Shown here: positions 40,850 to 51,737 of the stretch, piece after piece
Numbering within the stretch: the stretch's first letter is position 1
How the letters are laid out: each line of letters opens with the position of its first letter
Assembly: GCA_965205505.1 (NCBI GenBank)
Contig: CBDBHB010000009.1
Span: 96,001 to 160,000 of the forward strand
Length of the DNA: 64,000 nucleotides
Reading direction: 5' to 3'
Source of the DNA: Acidobacteriota bacterium
GTDB lineage: Bacteria > Acidobacteriota > UBA890 > WLXD01
The notes under the pieces: model-generated
Databases searched by the model: none
What the model saw: only the letters and a program-made list of their open reading frames with translations
What the model was told of the DNA's origin: nothing
Program-made: the position numbers and the translations under genes

Positions 40850-41722
40850 TCAGAAGATCACGTCGTCGAGTAGCGTCCGCAGGTAATGTCCATACTCCGA
40901 GTTTCCCATCGGCGTTGCCAGCCGCTCGAGTTGCTGGCGATCGATGAAACGCATGCGGTAGGCGATTTCCTCCGGACAGCAGATCTTCAGGCCCTGCCGC
41001 TTCTCGATCGCACGGATGTAGACGGCGGCGTCCATCAGTGCATCGAACTGGCCGGTGTCGAGCCAGGCAAAGCCGCGCCCGAGAATCTCGACGTGCAGTT
41101 GACCATCGTCGAGATAGGCTCGGTTGACGTCGGTGATCTCGAGCTCGCCGCGCGCTGACGGCTTCAGGTCGGCGGCGATCCCGCTGACCTTGGAATCGTA
41201 GAAGTACAGGCCGGTCACAGCGTAGCGTGACTTCGGCTGGCGCGGCTTTTCCTCGATGCTGATCGCAACGCCGTCGCGAAACTCGACAACCCCGTAGCGT
41301 TGCGGATCATTGACCGGATACGCGAACACCGTCGCGCCGGCATCGCGTCCCACAGCGCGTTGGAGTTGGGCAGAAAAATCGTGCCCGTAGAAGATGTTGT
41401 CGCCGAGAACGAGGGCACAAGGATCACCGGCGATGAACTTGCTGCCGATGATGAACGCCTGCGCGAGCCCCTCGGGACGTGGTTGTACGGCGTAGCGGAG
41501 ATCCATTCCCCAGCCGCTTCCGTCGCCGAGCAAAGCCTGGAACAGCGGCGTGTGCTCCGGGGTCGAGATGATCAGAACCTCGCGAATCCCCGCCAGCATG
41601 AGAGTCGACAGCGGATAATAAATCATCGGCTTATCGTAGACCGGCAGCAGTTGCTTCGACAGCACCGAGGTCAACGGCGTCAGACGGGTGCCGGAGCCGC
41701 CGGCGAGAATGATCCCTTTCAT
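40850..41722 (-). CDS. rfbA: glucose-1-phosphate thymidylyltransferase
   Basis: [39 protein letters not shown] and [10 protein letters not shown]. Confidence 0.97.
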   Translation of the reverse strand: MKGIILAGGSGTRLTPLTSVLSKQLLPVYDKPMIYYPLSTLMLAGIREVLIISTPEHTPLFQALLGDGSGWGMDLRYAVQPRPEGLAQAFIIGSKFIAGDPCALVLGDNIFYGHDFSAQLQRAVGRDAGATVFAYPVNDPQRYGVVEFRDGVAISIEEKPRQPKSRYAVTGLYFYDSKVSGIAADLKPSARGELEITDVNRAYLDDGQLHVEILGRGFAWLDTGQFDALMDAAVYIRAIEKRQGLKICCPEEIAYRMRFIDRQQLERLATPMGNSEYGHYLRTLLDDVIF

Positions 41723-41913
41723 CGCTGCTTGCGTCCCGTACTGGTCGGAGCCGACGGTACGCGGGCATGCTTCGCGCCGCCCGTCTTCGATCGGTGCGCC
41801 ATTATACCGGCGCCGGCGTCGGTCCCGGTTTGTATGATGGGGCGCGCCACCTCCGGGACTGCGAGGTTGGCGGCCGTGATAGATCGACCGAGTCGTCCAT
41901 GGAAGAAGGGATC

Positions 41914-42030
41914 GTGACCGCCGCGTCAGAGTCGCACCGATCCGAAGCGGACGAGCAGCGTCTGAGCCTCACAGTGGTTGTTCCGGTCGACAACGAGGGA
42001 GCGAGCGTTGGTGGCGTGCTCGACGACCTC
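41914..42030 (+). pseudogene. N-terminal stub of a GT2 glycosyltransferase
   Basis: [23 protein letters not shown] (S.V.P.YNE motif) ends abruptly against the convergent methyltransferase fragment. Confidence 0.65.
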
Positions 42031-42419
42031 GGATCCGGGCAGTGCTCGAGCGTTTCCAGCGACAGAACGAGGTCGACAGACCGGCTGTGTACCGGTAGGT
42101 CGGTGAGATCGGTCTGGGCGTAGCGTCCGTGCCGCCCACGCGCCCGTGCGATGTTGATGAGGCGCAACGAGACCTCGATGTTGATCACCGTGCTCGGCAG
42201 CTGCTGGCCACGCAGAAATTCCACTGCCTCGCCAGTGCGGGACCAGATGTTCAGGATCGTGGCCGGTGCCGCAGTCGGAAAGTAAGTGAAGCTCTCGCGG
42301 TAACGCTGATCGTGGGCGTCGCGCACCTGATCGTTGGCACGGTCGTAGATATCGGCGACGCCGTCCCAGAACTCGCGCACGTCGGCAGACGAGAAGTCGT
42401 TCCTGGTGGCGATGTCCAT
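42028..42419 (-). pseudogene. class I SAM-dependent methyltransferase, C-terminally truncated
   Basis: VREFWDGVADIYD, TDLTDLP...SVDLVLSLETLEHCPDP. Similarity stops there. Confidence 0.7.
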
Positions 42420-42533
42420 GGCGGGAATCAGTGGCGCTGGTTCAATGGTGGCTCAGCAACGCCATATGGCTACGAACCCATCCCGCGAGGATACACCGAG
42501 GTACTTTCACCACGGCCCGCCAGCCGCGCAGGC

Positions 42534-44369
42534 TCAGGGCCAGACGGCCCTGAGCACCTGACTTCGTTCCTCGGTCAGGATCGGTACGTGACCTGGCCAG
42601 GCAAGCGCCGACACGAATATATAGACCACCTCGCCGGACGTCGGCGTCCAGCTGGTGAGCGGCGCGAACTTCACGTGCGACTTCATCTGGCTCGCGACTG
42701 TCGTGGCCGGTAGGCTGGAGCCCAAGCTCTTGCATATGCCCCCAGGCACCTGCCACTCGAAGATGGCCGCGTACCAGGTGCCGTTGACGTTGGCGATGAC
42801 CCAGGTGTTGGCCTCTACTGTAACGCCGCTGCCGGTCTCTGCCGCGGTCGGCCACTTGCCGGCCTTCGTGTGCGGCATGCAGATCTCACCCGCAGAGATC
42901 GACACGCTGGTGAGCGTGGAGGTAATCGGCCAGCCGCTGATGTTGTAGTTCAGGAAGACGACCTGCGACAGGTCGATCTCGTCCGGGGAGCCGCCACCAC
43001 CATCGCCGCCACCACCATCGCCGCCGCCGCCATCGCCGCCGCCACCATCGTCCTCGATCTTGACAACTACCTTCAGCGTGCCGGACGCGGCGCGCCCGGC
43101 ATCGTCCTGGAAGGTGATGCGTGCCGTGTAGGTTCCTTCGTTGACGTAGGTGTGCGTCGCTTCGGCCGAGCCCCCGGTGACTGCTCCGGTGACGGTTGCT
43201 CCATCGCCGTAATCAAGCGTCGCCGTCCCGTTCGGCGCGGCACCGTTGCTCAGCCTGGCCGCAATGGTGAAGACGGTCGGTTCCCCAACGAAGCCAACGT
43301 CGGCAGTCAGGTCGATGTCCGCAGTCAAGCGCGGCTCGACCCGGATACGTACGTCAGACTGTCCGCCCTTGCCGTTCGGAGCGGTCACTGAAGCAACCAC
43401 ACGGTAGTTGCCGGGCTCACGGAACGTGTGCTCAACAGAGGTCGACCCGGTGATCTCGCCGACGTTCGTGCCGCGTCCGTCGCCCCAATCGATGGTCACG
43501 TTGCCGCTCGCTTGTGGGAGCCGCGCTCGATCTAGTGCGACTCTGAAGCTCAGAGGTTCGCGCGCGTATGTCTGGAGGGCGGCCGCAGACAGCAAGATGG
43601 CGGTTTCAGTGCTGTCGTTGACGCGCAGCGAGACCGTCTTGCTGCTCACCTCGCCGCCGCCAGTAAAGAGCGATGTCACTACATTGAAGAAAGACGCTTC
43701 TCGATAGCTGTGCTCGACGGTCGCACGACGCCTGAAGTCGGGAATACGGGTCGCCTTGCCGTCGCCGAACTCGACCTTCAGCGCACCCTCTGCGGCACTG
43801 CCGTCCTCGTTGGTGGCGATCACCTTGATTTGCACCGGTTCGTTGAGCTCGGCCGGTCTGGGCGTGAACTCGATCACGAAATGCACTTTGCCGGTTGGCA
43901 CCACCTCGTCGCCCACCTCCAGACGGCCAGGGGTCGATTCCGTCAATACGATTCCGGCTGCCATGATGGCGGCAGTTATCTCTGTGGTTGCGGTAGTGTG
44001 AAGCGTGACGCGCGCTTTACCATCGGCGTCGGTGTTGGCTGTGTTTCCGGCGGGGAAATCCCCAACGGTCGCCGAGAAGGTGACAAGAATTTCGGATTCG
44101 GGCACCTCGGCCACTAGCACCGTGGCCTCGACCTCGATGTCACCACCGCCTTCGGACAGCGAGCTCGGCGTTATCGACAGCGTGATCGTGCGCTGAAGGT
44201 CGCCGGTCGCCGGCTCCGTGAGGTTCTCGAAGATCTGGCATCCGGACAGCGCCATCGCCAGTGAACCGAACAAGAGCAGCCGAACCGGGGTCCCTGAGAA
44301 AGACGCCCGTCGTCCGGTTTGATTCAGAGAGCCCACAGCTACGATCCCCCAGCCATCCCAAAATATCAA
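42534..44369 (-). CDS. PKD/Ig-like repeat lipoprotein
   Basis: Lipobox LSGC, a Big-1-like domain (TD.DG.A.V), three PKD-like repeats (D[FWY]GDG...H.Y...G.Y), a Gly linker and a C-terminal globular domain. Start uncertain. Confidence 0.8.
   Translation of the reverse strand: MIFWDGWGIVAVGSLNQTGRRASFSGTPVRLLLFGSLAMALSGCQIFENLTEPATGDLQRTITLSITPSSLSEGGGDIEVEATVLVAEVPESEILVTFSATVGDFPAGNTANTDADGKARVTLHTTATTEITAAIMAAGIVLTESTPGRLEVGDEVVPTGKVHFVIEFTPRPAELNEPVQIKVIATNEDGSAAEGALKVEFGDGKATRIPDFRRRATVEHSYREASFFNVVTSLFTGGGEVSSKTVSLRVNDSTETAILLSAAALQTYAREPLSFRVALDRARLPQASGNVTIDWGDGRGTNVGEITGSTSVEHTFREPGNYRVVASVTAPNGKGGQSDVRIRVEPRLTADIDLTADVGFVGEPTVFTIAARLSNGAAPNGTATLDYGDGATVTGAVTGGSAEATHTYVNEGTYTARITFQDDAGRAASGTLKVVVKIEDDGGGGDGGGGDGGGGDGGGGSPDEIDLSQVVFLNYNISGWPITSTLTSVSISAGEICMPHTKAGKWPTAAETGSGVTVEANTWVIANVNGTWYAAIFEWQVPGGICKSLGSSLPATTVASQMKSHVKFAPLTSWTPTSGEVVYIFVSALAWPGHVPILTEERSQVLRAVWP
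42991..43050 (-). repeat. 4 x 15-bp tandem repeat encoding (DGGGG)4 linker
   Basis: CCGCC(A/G)CC(A/G)CCATCG x4. Confidence 0.85.
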
Positions 44370-44689
44370 AAGTAGTATGAAACTTAACTAACCCCTTGAT
44401 TAGCATAGCAAATTAGTATTAGTTATCGTTAAGTATCTGCCGATATCTGAAGATATCAACGAAAGTCAGGGATCCTCGACAGCGTACAAATGGGACCCGA
44501 GGAGCACCTTGCTCGCGCTTCGCCTGGTGTCGCCGCCGGGCAGCGCCAGCCGTACGTGTCGCGGTTACCGGCGAGGCGCTGACACGCGCGCAGCCGATCC
44601 TCGCGCCCGACTGGTAGGATTCTTGCGCCCACCTACCCGCGTCTGGTCGAGCCCGACGCGCTACCGACCACGATTCCGCTGGCTCGCCG

Positions 44690-45793
44690 ATGTCCGTACG
44701 AAGACTTCTCGTCACCGGAGGTGCCGGGTTCATCGGCGCCAATTTCGTGCATCGTTGGTGCGGCCAGCATCCCGACGATCGCATCGTGGTGGTGGATGCG
44801 CTTACCTACGCCGGCAATCGCGACACCCTGAGGTCCCTCGACCACAACCCCGGCTTTCGGTTCGTCCAGGCTGATATCACCGAGCTGACTACGATACGGG
44901 AGATCCTGCGTGAGGAATCGATCGACACGCTGGTGCATTTCGCTGCCGAATCGCATGTGGATCGATCGATCGAGGGTCCGGGAGAGTTCGTTCGTACGAA
45001 CCTGGTCGGCACCTGGACGCTCCTGGAGGCGGCGCGGAGCGAGTGGATCGAAGCGCAGCCACGCGAGCATCGGTTCCACCACGTATCCACCGACGAAGTG
45101 TACGGCAGCCTCGGCAGCGATGACCCGGCGTTCAGCGAGATCAACCGATACGAGCCTAACTCGCCCTATGCAGCTAGCAAGGCAGGCTCAGATCACTTGG
45201 TTCGAGCTTACCTCCATACGTACGGGCTCCAGGTCACGACCAGCAACTGCTCCAACAACTACGGTCCCTACCAGTTCCCCGAGAAGCTCATTCCGCTGAT
45301 GATCGTCAACCTGCTCGCCGGAAAGGAGCTCCCGGTGTACGGCGACGGCATGAACGTGCGCGACTGGCTACACGTAGACGATCACTGTGCCGGCATCGAG
45401 CGCATCCTGGAGGGCGGGCGCGTTGGGGAGACCTACAACATCGGCGGCGGCAACGAGTGGCGAAACATCGACCTCGTGCGGTTGCTTTGCCGTTTGATGG
45501 ATGAGGAGCTCGCGTCCGACGCGGCGCTGGCGCAACGGTTCCCCGATTGCGCGCCATCGAGCGGCGGGAGCTGCGCGGATGGCATTCGCTTCGTGCGCGA
45601 TCGCCCCGGTCACGATTGGCGCTACGCGATCGACAGCTCGAAGCTTCACCGAGAGCTCGCGTTCACGGCTTCTACGCTGTTCGAGGACGGCCTCCGCGCC
45701 ACCCTACGGTGGTACCTCGACAACGAGGACTGGTGGAGAGCCATCCTCGACGGTAGCTACCGCGAGTGGGTCGCCAAGCAATACCAGGAATGA
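44690..45793 (+). CDS. rfbB: dTDP-glucose 4,6-dehydratase
   Basis: GGAGFIG, DALTYAGN, HFAAESHVDRSI, HVSTDEVYG, PY.ASKA and NNYGPYQFPEK. Confidence 0.96.
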   Translation: MSVRRLLVTGGAGFIGANFVHRWCGQHPDDRIVVVDALTYAGNRDTLRSLDHNPGFRFVQADITELTTIREILREESIDTLVHFAAESHVDRSIEGPGEFVRTNLVGTWTLLEAARSEWIEAQPREHRFHHVSTDEVYGSLGSDDPAFSEINRYEPNSPYAASKAGSDHLVRAYLHTYGLQVTTSNCSNNYGPYQFPEKLIPLMIVNLLAGKELPVYGDGMNVRDWLHVDDHCAGIERILEGGRVGETYNIGGGNEWRNIDLVRLLCRLMDEELASDAALAQRFPDCAPSSGGSCADGIRFVRDRPGHDWRYAIDSSKLHRELAFTASTLFEDGLRATLRWYLDNEDWWRAILDGSYREWVAKQYQE

Positions 45794-47502
45794 AACGCTG
45801 CCCGAACGAGTTACAGGCGCGGCAATACGACGTTCTGATCGTCGGTGCCGGCATCACCGGCGCCTGTCTTGCGTTCGATGCAGCCCTGAGGGGGCTGACG
45901 GTCGCTCTTGTCGACAAGGGCGACTTCGGCGCCGCGACCTCGGCGGCGTCGTCCAAGCTTCTACACGGCGGCCTGCGCTACCTTCAGCAGCTGCGCTTCG
46001 ACAAAGTACGCGAATCGGCACAGGAGCGAATCTACTTTCAGAACCTGGCGCCGCACTTGACGCACTACGTGCCCTTCGTGGTGCCGACATACCGCGGCAT
46101 CTCCAAGAGCAAGACGCTGCTGAACGCCGGGATGCTGCTGTACACGATCCTGTGCGCCGGCCATCGCCGCCTGCTGCGTGATCCGGGCAAGCGCGTGCCG
46201 GCGGGCAGCGGACTGCGGCCCGCGCAGGTCGTCGCGAGGATTCCGGGTCTTGCGTCTACCGGTTTGTCCGGCGGCCGCTTGTTTCACGAGAGCCACATGC
46301 TTAGCTCGGAGCGCATGACCCTGGCCTTTGTCGACAGCGCCTCCCGCGCTGGCGCTGTCGTGGCCAACTACATTGCCGCAGATCGCTTCCTGGTGGCCGG
46401 CGACAGGGTTTGCGGCGTCGAGGCAACCGATCGCATCGGCAGCGGCTTCGGCGAAGGCAGCGGCGATACGTTCGAGATTCGCGCCAGCATAGTAGTGAAC
46501 GCCGCCGGCCCGTGGATCGGGCGGCTGAACGCTCAGCTCGAGACCCGCTCCGTCACGCCGATACTGACCGGGGTGTCGAAGGGCACCCACATCGTGACAC
46601 CGGCGCTGACCGACGGCTGCGCGGTGGCGCTTCCGACGCGGCGACCGAGTCAGTCGGTAATCCATCGAGGCGGGCGCCACGTGTTCATTATCCCGTGGCG
46701 TGGACACTCGCTCATCGGTACGACGTACGGGCCCTACCACGGCGACCTCGACGATCTGCGGCCCACTGCCGATGACGCCCAGGAGCTAATCGGCGAGATC
46801 AATTCGGCACTCGGGCCTGGCACGCTGTCGCTGTCCGACGTGCGCTATGCGTTCGCGGGTCTGTACCCGTTGGCCGAGGAAGAGATCCGGCCCACCGTCT
46901 ACCAAGGTACCGGCGACTACCGCGTCGTCAACCACGAGGAGACCGACGGCGTCGCGGGGTTGTTCTCCGTTCTCGGTGCCAAATACACCACCGCTCGGTT
47001 GTTGGCGGAGCGTGCCGTAGACTGCATTGTCGCCAGTCTGGGCAAAGGCGCCGCATCTGGGCGAACGCGCCAGGTAAGCCTGGCGTCGGGCGACATTCCG
47101 GACCTCGAGCAGTTCCGCGAGGTTCAACGCAAGCGCCACGCCGAGTTGCCGGAGGCGACCGTAGATCACTTGGTGAACAGCTACGGCACCGACTGTGGTG
47201 CGGTGGTGTCGCTGGCTGAATCGGCCGCTGGGCTCGGCGACTGCCTCGCCGCAGATCGCGGCGTGATCGCCGCTGAGGCAGTTTGGGCAGCGCGTTCAGA
47301 GATGGCCTGCCACCTTGACGACTTCGTCTTTCGGCGCTCCGGCCTCGGTACGCTCGGTCATCCTGGCTCGGAGTCGCTCGATCGGGCAGCGTCACTCATG
47401 GGTGCCGAGCTGGGATGGGATCCGGTGCGCCGATCGGCGGAGCTCGAGCACGTGGTGCGACAATTCCCCGACTATCGCGGTCTGGAACGCGGCCCTCAAT
47501 GA
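45790..47502 (+). CDS. FAD-dependent glycerol-3-phosphate dehydrogenase/oxidase family protein (GlpD-like)
   Basis: GAGITG...DAA.RGL, DFG..TS..SSKL.HGGLRYL, NAAGPW, KG.H, IGTT and KYTT.R. Confidence 0.88.
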   Translation: MKRCPNELQARQYDVLIVGAGITGACLAFDAALRGLTVALVDKGDFGAATSAASSKLLHGGLRYLQQLRFDKVRESAQERIYFQNLAPHLTHYVPFVVPTYRGISKSKTLLNAGMLLYTILCAGHRRLLRDPGKRVPAGSGLRPAQVVARIPGLASTGLSGGRLFHESHMLSSERMTLAFVDSASRAGAVVANYIAADRFLVAGDRVCGVEATDRIGSGFGEGSGDTFEIRASIVVNAAGPWIGRLNAQLETRSVTPILTGVSKGTHIVTPALTDGCAVALPTRRPSQSVIHRGGRHVFIIPWRGHSLIGTTYGPYHGDLDDLRPTADDAQELIGEINSALGPGTLSLSDVRYAFAGLYPLAEEEIRPTVYQGTGDYRVVNHEETDGVAGLFSVLGAKYTTARLLAERAVDCIVASLGKGAASGRTRQVSLASGDIPDLEQFREVQRKRHAELPEATVDHLVNSYGTDCGAVVSLAESAAGLGDCLAADRGVIAAEAVWAARSEMACHLDDFVFRRSGLGTLGHPGSESLDRAASLMGAELGWDPVRRSAELEHVVRQFPDYRGLERGPQ

Positions 47503-48713
47503 GATCCGGAGACCGCCGCTCGACCACCGCCCCGATGCGTGTCCTGCACATCGGCCCGACACCTTTCTTTTCCGACCGCGGCTGTCATATCCGCATCGAC
47601 GGCCTGATCCGCGCGCTGCAGCGAAGCAGCCTGGAGTGCTGGCTGTGTACCTACCAGCATGGTCGCGACGTGGAGGGAATCGATACCGAGCGCATCCGGC
47701 GAGTTCCCGGATACGACCGCGTTGACGCGGGTCCGTCGCCGTTCAAGTACGTCGCCGATGTGCTGCTGTTCTTCAAAGTGTGCGGTTCGATCGCGCGCCG
47801 TCGGCCCGACGTATTGCACGGCCACCTCCACGAGGGCGCCTTGATCGGGTGGGCCGCCCGAACGATGTTTTTCTGGCGCCGTCTGCCGTTGGTCTTCGAT
47901 ATGCAGGGCAGTCTGACGGGCGAGCTCGAGGCGCACGGTTATTTCAATCGTCTGCGGCTGCTGCGCTGGTTGTTCGAGCGTGCCGAATGGCTCATCGATC
48001 GGCTCCCGGAGCACATCGTCTGCTCTTCGCCGAGCAGCCTCGAGATCACCCGCGATCGCTTCGGTGTGCCTGCCGCGCGCCTGCATCTCGTTGCCGACGG
48101 GGTCGACGTACAGGCGCCGTCCGCGGTGTCCGTGGATCGGTTGCGCCACCAGCTGGGGCTGCCCGCAGGCCTGCCGGTGGTCGTCTACTCTGGCTCCCTA
48201 CTGGCGGTGAAAGGAGTGGAGGCTCTGCACGCCGCGATCCTGCGCTCGGCGGAGCGCGACCTGCCGGTGCATTTCCTCGTCATCGGTTATCCGACAGGCG
48301 AGACTGCAGCATTCCTCCGCTCACAGGGGCTCGAATCCCGCTGCACGATTACGGGGCGAGTTGAGTTCGAGACCATCGCCGAGTATCTGGCGCTCGCCAA
48401 TGCGGCGCTCGAGCCCAAGGAGAGCGATAGTGGCGAAGCCAGCGGCAAGCTGCTCAACTACATGGCGGCCAGCCTGCCGGTGGCCTGTTTCGACACACCC
48501 AACAACCGTGTCATATTGGCAGATAGTGGCTGCTATGCTTCCTCGGGCTCGGTCGACCAGCTTGTCGACTGCATCGAGACCCTGACCACATCGCCTCAAC
48601 TCGCGAGTGAGCTCGGCGAGCGTGGTCGGGCGCGAGCGCGAGCCGAGTTCTCCTGGGACGCTTCCGCTGCAGCCCTGCGGCGCATCTATGGCGCCCGACG
48701 CATCGAGACCTGA
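47499..48713 (+). CDS. GT4 glycosyltransferase
   Basis: PFFSDRGCHIRI, H.HLHEG, Y.G.L...KG and KLLNYMAA.LPV. Confidence 0.9.
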   Translation: MRSGDRRSTTAPMRVLHIGPTPFFSDRGCHIRIDGLIRALQRSSLECWLCTYQHGRDVEGIDTERIRRVPGYDRVDAGPSPFKYVADVLLFFKVCGSIARRRPDVLHGHLHEGALIGWAARTMFFWRRLPLVFDMQGSLTGELEAHGYFNRLRLLRWLFERAEWLIDRLPEHIVCSSPSSLEITRDRFGVPAARLHLVADGVDVQAPSAVSVDRLRHQLGLPAGLPVVVYSGSLLAVKGVEALHAAILRSAERDLPVHFLVIGYPTGETAAFLRSQGLESRCTITGRVEFETIAEYLALANAALEPKESDSGEASGKLLNYMAASLPVACFDTPNNRVILADSGCYASSGSVDQLVDCIETLTTSPQLASELGERGRARARAEFSWDASAAALRRIYGARRIET

Positions 48714-49702
48714 TGACGATGAGAATCTTGGTCACCGGTGGCACCGGGTTTACCGGCAAGGCACTGGTCAAACGGCTGCTCGACGACGGACACGAGGTGG
48801 TGGCGCTCGACTACAAGGAAGGCGTCAGAACGCAAGAGCTCCATGACTGGGGTGCCGAGGTAGTGATCGGTAGCGTGACCGACGCAGACACGGTGGCGCG
48901 CTGCACCCAAGGCGTGGACATTGTCCACCATCTGGCGGCTGCCTTCCGCGAGCTCGACGTGCCGAACAGCTACTACGACGAGGTCAACGTCGGGGGCACG
49001 CGCACCGTACTCGAGGCGTCGCTGCGACACAGCGTCAAGAAGCTCATCTACTGCAGTACGTGCGGTGTGCACGGCAACGTGGACGATCCTCCCGCAGCCG
49101 AGGACGCGCCGATCAACGCTGCCGACTACTACCAGCAGACCAAGTACAACGCTGAGCCTGTTGTGCTCGAGTATCCGTCGCGCGGGCTACCAACCGTCAT
49201 CTTACGGCCGGCGGCGATCTACGGCCCGGGCGACCCGGAACGCTTCTTCATGATCTTCCGCCGGGTCGCCAACGGCTCCTTTCCGATGTTCGGCGATGGT
49301 CGCACCCTCTACCATCCGTTGTACATCGACAGCCTGGTCGATGCCTTGGTGTTGGCACAGGAGCCAGGCAAAGGCGATGGTGAGGCCTACCTGATCGCCG
49401 ACGCAGAGTACGTATCGATCGAGGATCTCGTACGCGCGGTGGGCGGAGCCATGGACGTCGATGTAAAGATTCGCCACTTCCCGGTGTGGCCGCTGGTGAT
49501 CGCCGGCCACGTTTTCGAGAAGGTCTGCAAGCCGTTCCACATTGCCCCGCCGATCTTTCCCCGGCGCGTCGATTGGTACCGGCAGAACCGTGCCTTCGAT
49601 ATCTCCAAGGCGCGTCGCGATCTCGGTTACGCTCCGAGCGTAGATCTCGATGAGGGCTTGCGCCGAACCGCGGACTGGTACCGGGACGAGGGTTATCTCT
49701 AG
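48713..49702 (+). CDS. NAD-dependent epimerase/dehydratase
   Basis: VTGGTGFTG, YQQTK (YxxxK) and RP..IYGPGD. Confidence 0.9.
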   Translation: MTMRILVTGGTGFTGKALVKRLLDDGHEVVALDYKEGVRTQELHDWGAEVVIGSVTDADTVARCTQGVDIVHHLAAAFRELDVPNSYYDEVNVGGTRTVLEASLRHSVKKLIYCSTCGVHGNVDDPPAAEDAPINAADYYQQTKYNAEPVVLEYPSRGLPTVILRPAAIYGPGDPERFFMIFRRVANGSFPMFGDGRTLYHPLYIDSLVDALVLAQEPGKGDGEAYLIADAEYVSIEDLVRAVGGAMDVDVKIRHFPVWPLVIAGHVFEKVCKPFHIAPPIFPRRVDWYRQNRAFDISKARRDLGYAPSVDLDEGLRRTADWYRDEGYL

Positions 49703-49706
49703 CGCA

Positions 49707-51659
49707 ATGTGCGGCATCACCGGCATCCTGACCCGCGATCACCACGATGTAGTGGGGCCGATGACAGAGGCGCTGTCGCATCGAGGGCCCGACGGCAACG
49801 GCTTCTTCCGCGACGCATCGGTGGCGCTGGGACACAGGCGCCTGAGCATCATCGATGTCGACGGCGGTGCGCAGCCCATCGCCAACGAGGACGGCAGCAT
49901 CCAGATGGTGTCCAACGGCGAGATCTACAACTCGCCGGCGCTGCGCCAGCAACTCGAGACCGCGGGGCACGTATTCCGCACTCATACGGACGTTGAGACC
50001 ATCCTCCACCTGTATGAGGACCACGGTCCCGACTGCGTGAAACACTTGCGCGGCCAGTTCGCGTTCGCAATCTGGGATGGCCCCCGGCGCCGGCTCGTGC
50101 TGGCCCGCGATCACATGGGCCAGAAGCCGCTATTCTTTGCTCAGGTCAACGGCCAGCTGTTGTTCGCCAGCGAGATCAAGGCGTTGCTTGCCTCGGGACT
50201 CGTCGATCGGCGCCCGGATCTGAACGCCCTCTGGCACTATACGTCGCTGCGATTCATCCCCGACCGGTACTCGCTCTTCGAGGGAATCCAGAAACTGCCC
50301 GCAGCGTCGCGGTTGATCTGGCAGGACGAAAAGATCGAGATCGATAGGTACTGGAGCTTCGATTTCAGCAACAAGCTCGAAGCGAGCGAGACGGAGGTGG
50401 CCGACCGTCTCGAGGAGCTGCTGCTCGAGACCGTTCAGATGCACATGCTCAGCGACGTGCCGGTCGGCGCTTTCCTGAGCGGTGGGATCGACTCGAGCCT
50501 GATCGCGGCGATGATGTCGAAGGTCGGGAGTGCCTCCATTCCCACCTTCTCCATCGGCGTGCAGGAGCAGGACTACAACGAGCTGCCGTACGCGCGCATG
50601 GTGAACGAGCAGTACGGGCTGGCGGCCAACGAGCGCATCGTCAAAGCCGACCTGATCCACCTGATGCCGAAGATGGTCTACCACCTCGATGAGCCGTCCG
50701 ATCCTTTCGGCGTTGGCGTGTACCTGGTTTCCGAGGTGGCAGCCGAGCAGGTAAAGGTGGTGCTCTCGGGCGACGGTGGCGACGAGAACTTCGCCGGCTA
50801 CGATCGCTTCGCAGGCCAACGCTTGGTCGACCTGTACTGCCTGTTGCCGGCCTTCCTGCGCCGCCAGGTCATGCGCCGCCTCATCCAGCTGGTCCCGGAG
50901 TCGTTCGGCTACAAGAGCCTGGCGCAGAAAATGTTGTGGGTAAATGAGATGTCCTTCCACGACAGCGGCGCGCGTTACGCCCATGCGATGAGCTTCCTGC
51001 GCTTTACGCCGGAGGCCAAGGAGCAGCTGTTTACCGCCGAGGCTCGCGCCAAGATCGACGACGATGACTCGGTGGCGAAGATCCTGCAGTGGTTCGACGC
51101 CGAGGGCGTGGATGATCTCGTCGATCGCATGCTCTACACCGACCTCAACACGCGCATGCCCGACCACCTGCTGCCGATCGTCGACCGGATGTCGATGGCG
51201 CATTCGCTGGAGGCACGCCCGCCGCTGATCGACTACAAGGTGGTCGAGTTTGCCGCATCGATCCCCGGAGCGATGAAGCTCCAGGGTCGCGACCTCAAGC
51301 ACATCCTGAAGGTCGTGGCGGCGCGCTACCTGCCCCGCAAGCTCATCGACCGTGAGAAGCAGGGCTTCGGTTTTCCGCTCGGCCGCTGGATGCGCACCGA
51401 CCTACAACCATTCATTCGCAACCTGTTCGCCGAATCGCGTTTCATCGATCAAGGGATCTTCGACGCGGCCCACGTGCACGGAATCATCGACGAGCACATG
51501 GCTGGCGGCGCCAATCACGACTACCGGCTGTGGATCCTGATCAATCTCGAGTTCTGGTATCGGCTGTACTTCGAGAATGAGAGCGTCGATTCGCTGCTCG
51601 AGCTCACCGACCGGTTGTCGAGCGCTGCGCCCCATGGCTCCGCCAGAGCGACGGCATAG
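49707..51659 (+). CDS. asnB: asparagine synthase (glutamine-hydrolysing), polysaccharide-locus amidotransferase type
   Basis: MCGI, HRGPD, RRLSIID, NGEIYN, LSGGIDS, SGDGGDE and DRMSMAHSLE.R. Confidence 0.93.
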   Translation: MCGITGILTRDHHDVVGPMTEALSHRGPDGNGFFRDASVALGHRRLSIIDVDGGAQPIANEDGSIQMVSNGEIYNSPALRQQLETAGHVFRTHTDVETILHLYEDHGPDCVKHLRGQFAFAIWDGPRRRLVLARDHMGQKPLFFAQVNGQLLFASEIKALLASGLVDRRPDLNALWHYTSLRFIPDRYSLFEGIQKLPAASRLIWQDEKIEIDRYWSFDFSNKLEASETEVADRLEELLLETVQMHMLSDVPVGAFLSGGIDSSLIAAMMSKVGSASIPTFSIGVQEQDYNELPYARMVNEQYGLAANERIVKADLIHLMPKMVYHLDEPSDPFGVGVYLVSEVAAEQVKVVLSGDGGDENFAGYDRFAGQRLVDLYCLLPAFLRRQVMRRLIQLVPESFGYKSLAQKMLWVNEMSFHDSGARYAHAMSFLRFTPEAKEQLFTAEARAKIDDDDSVAKILQWFDAEGVDDLVDRMLYTDLNTRMPDHLLPIVDRMSMAHSLEARPPLIDYKVVEFAASIPGAMKLQGRDLKHILKVVAARYLPRKLIDREKQGFGFPLGRWMRTDLQPFIRNLFAESRFIDQGIFDAAHVHGIIDEHMAGGANHDYRLWILINLEFWYRLYFENESVDSLLELTDRLSSAAPHGSARATA

Positions 51660-51737
51660 GGATCTGCGAGGAGCAGGGCGCAAGCATGTTCCACCGCGTG
51701 ACCCCCGGCAGCGGGTTCCGTTAGGGTGTTAGACACA

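Noticed and set aside
41802-42419. 205-aa methyltransferase as a complete protein
   Set aside because: Sequence after EHCPDP is the antisense of the GT2 stub.
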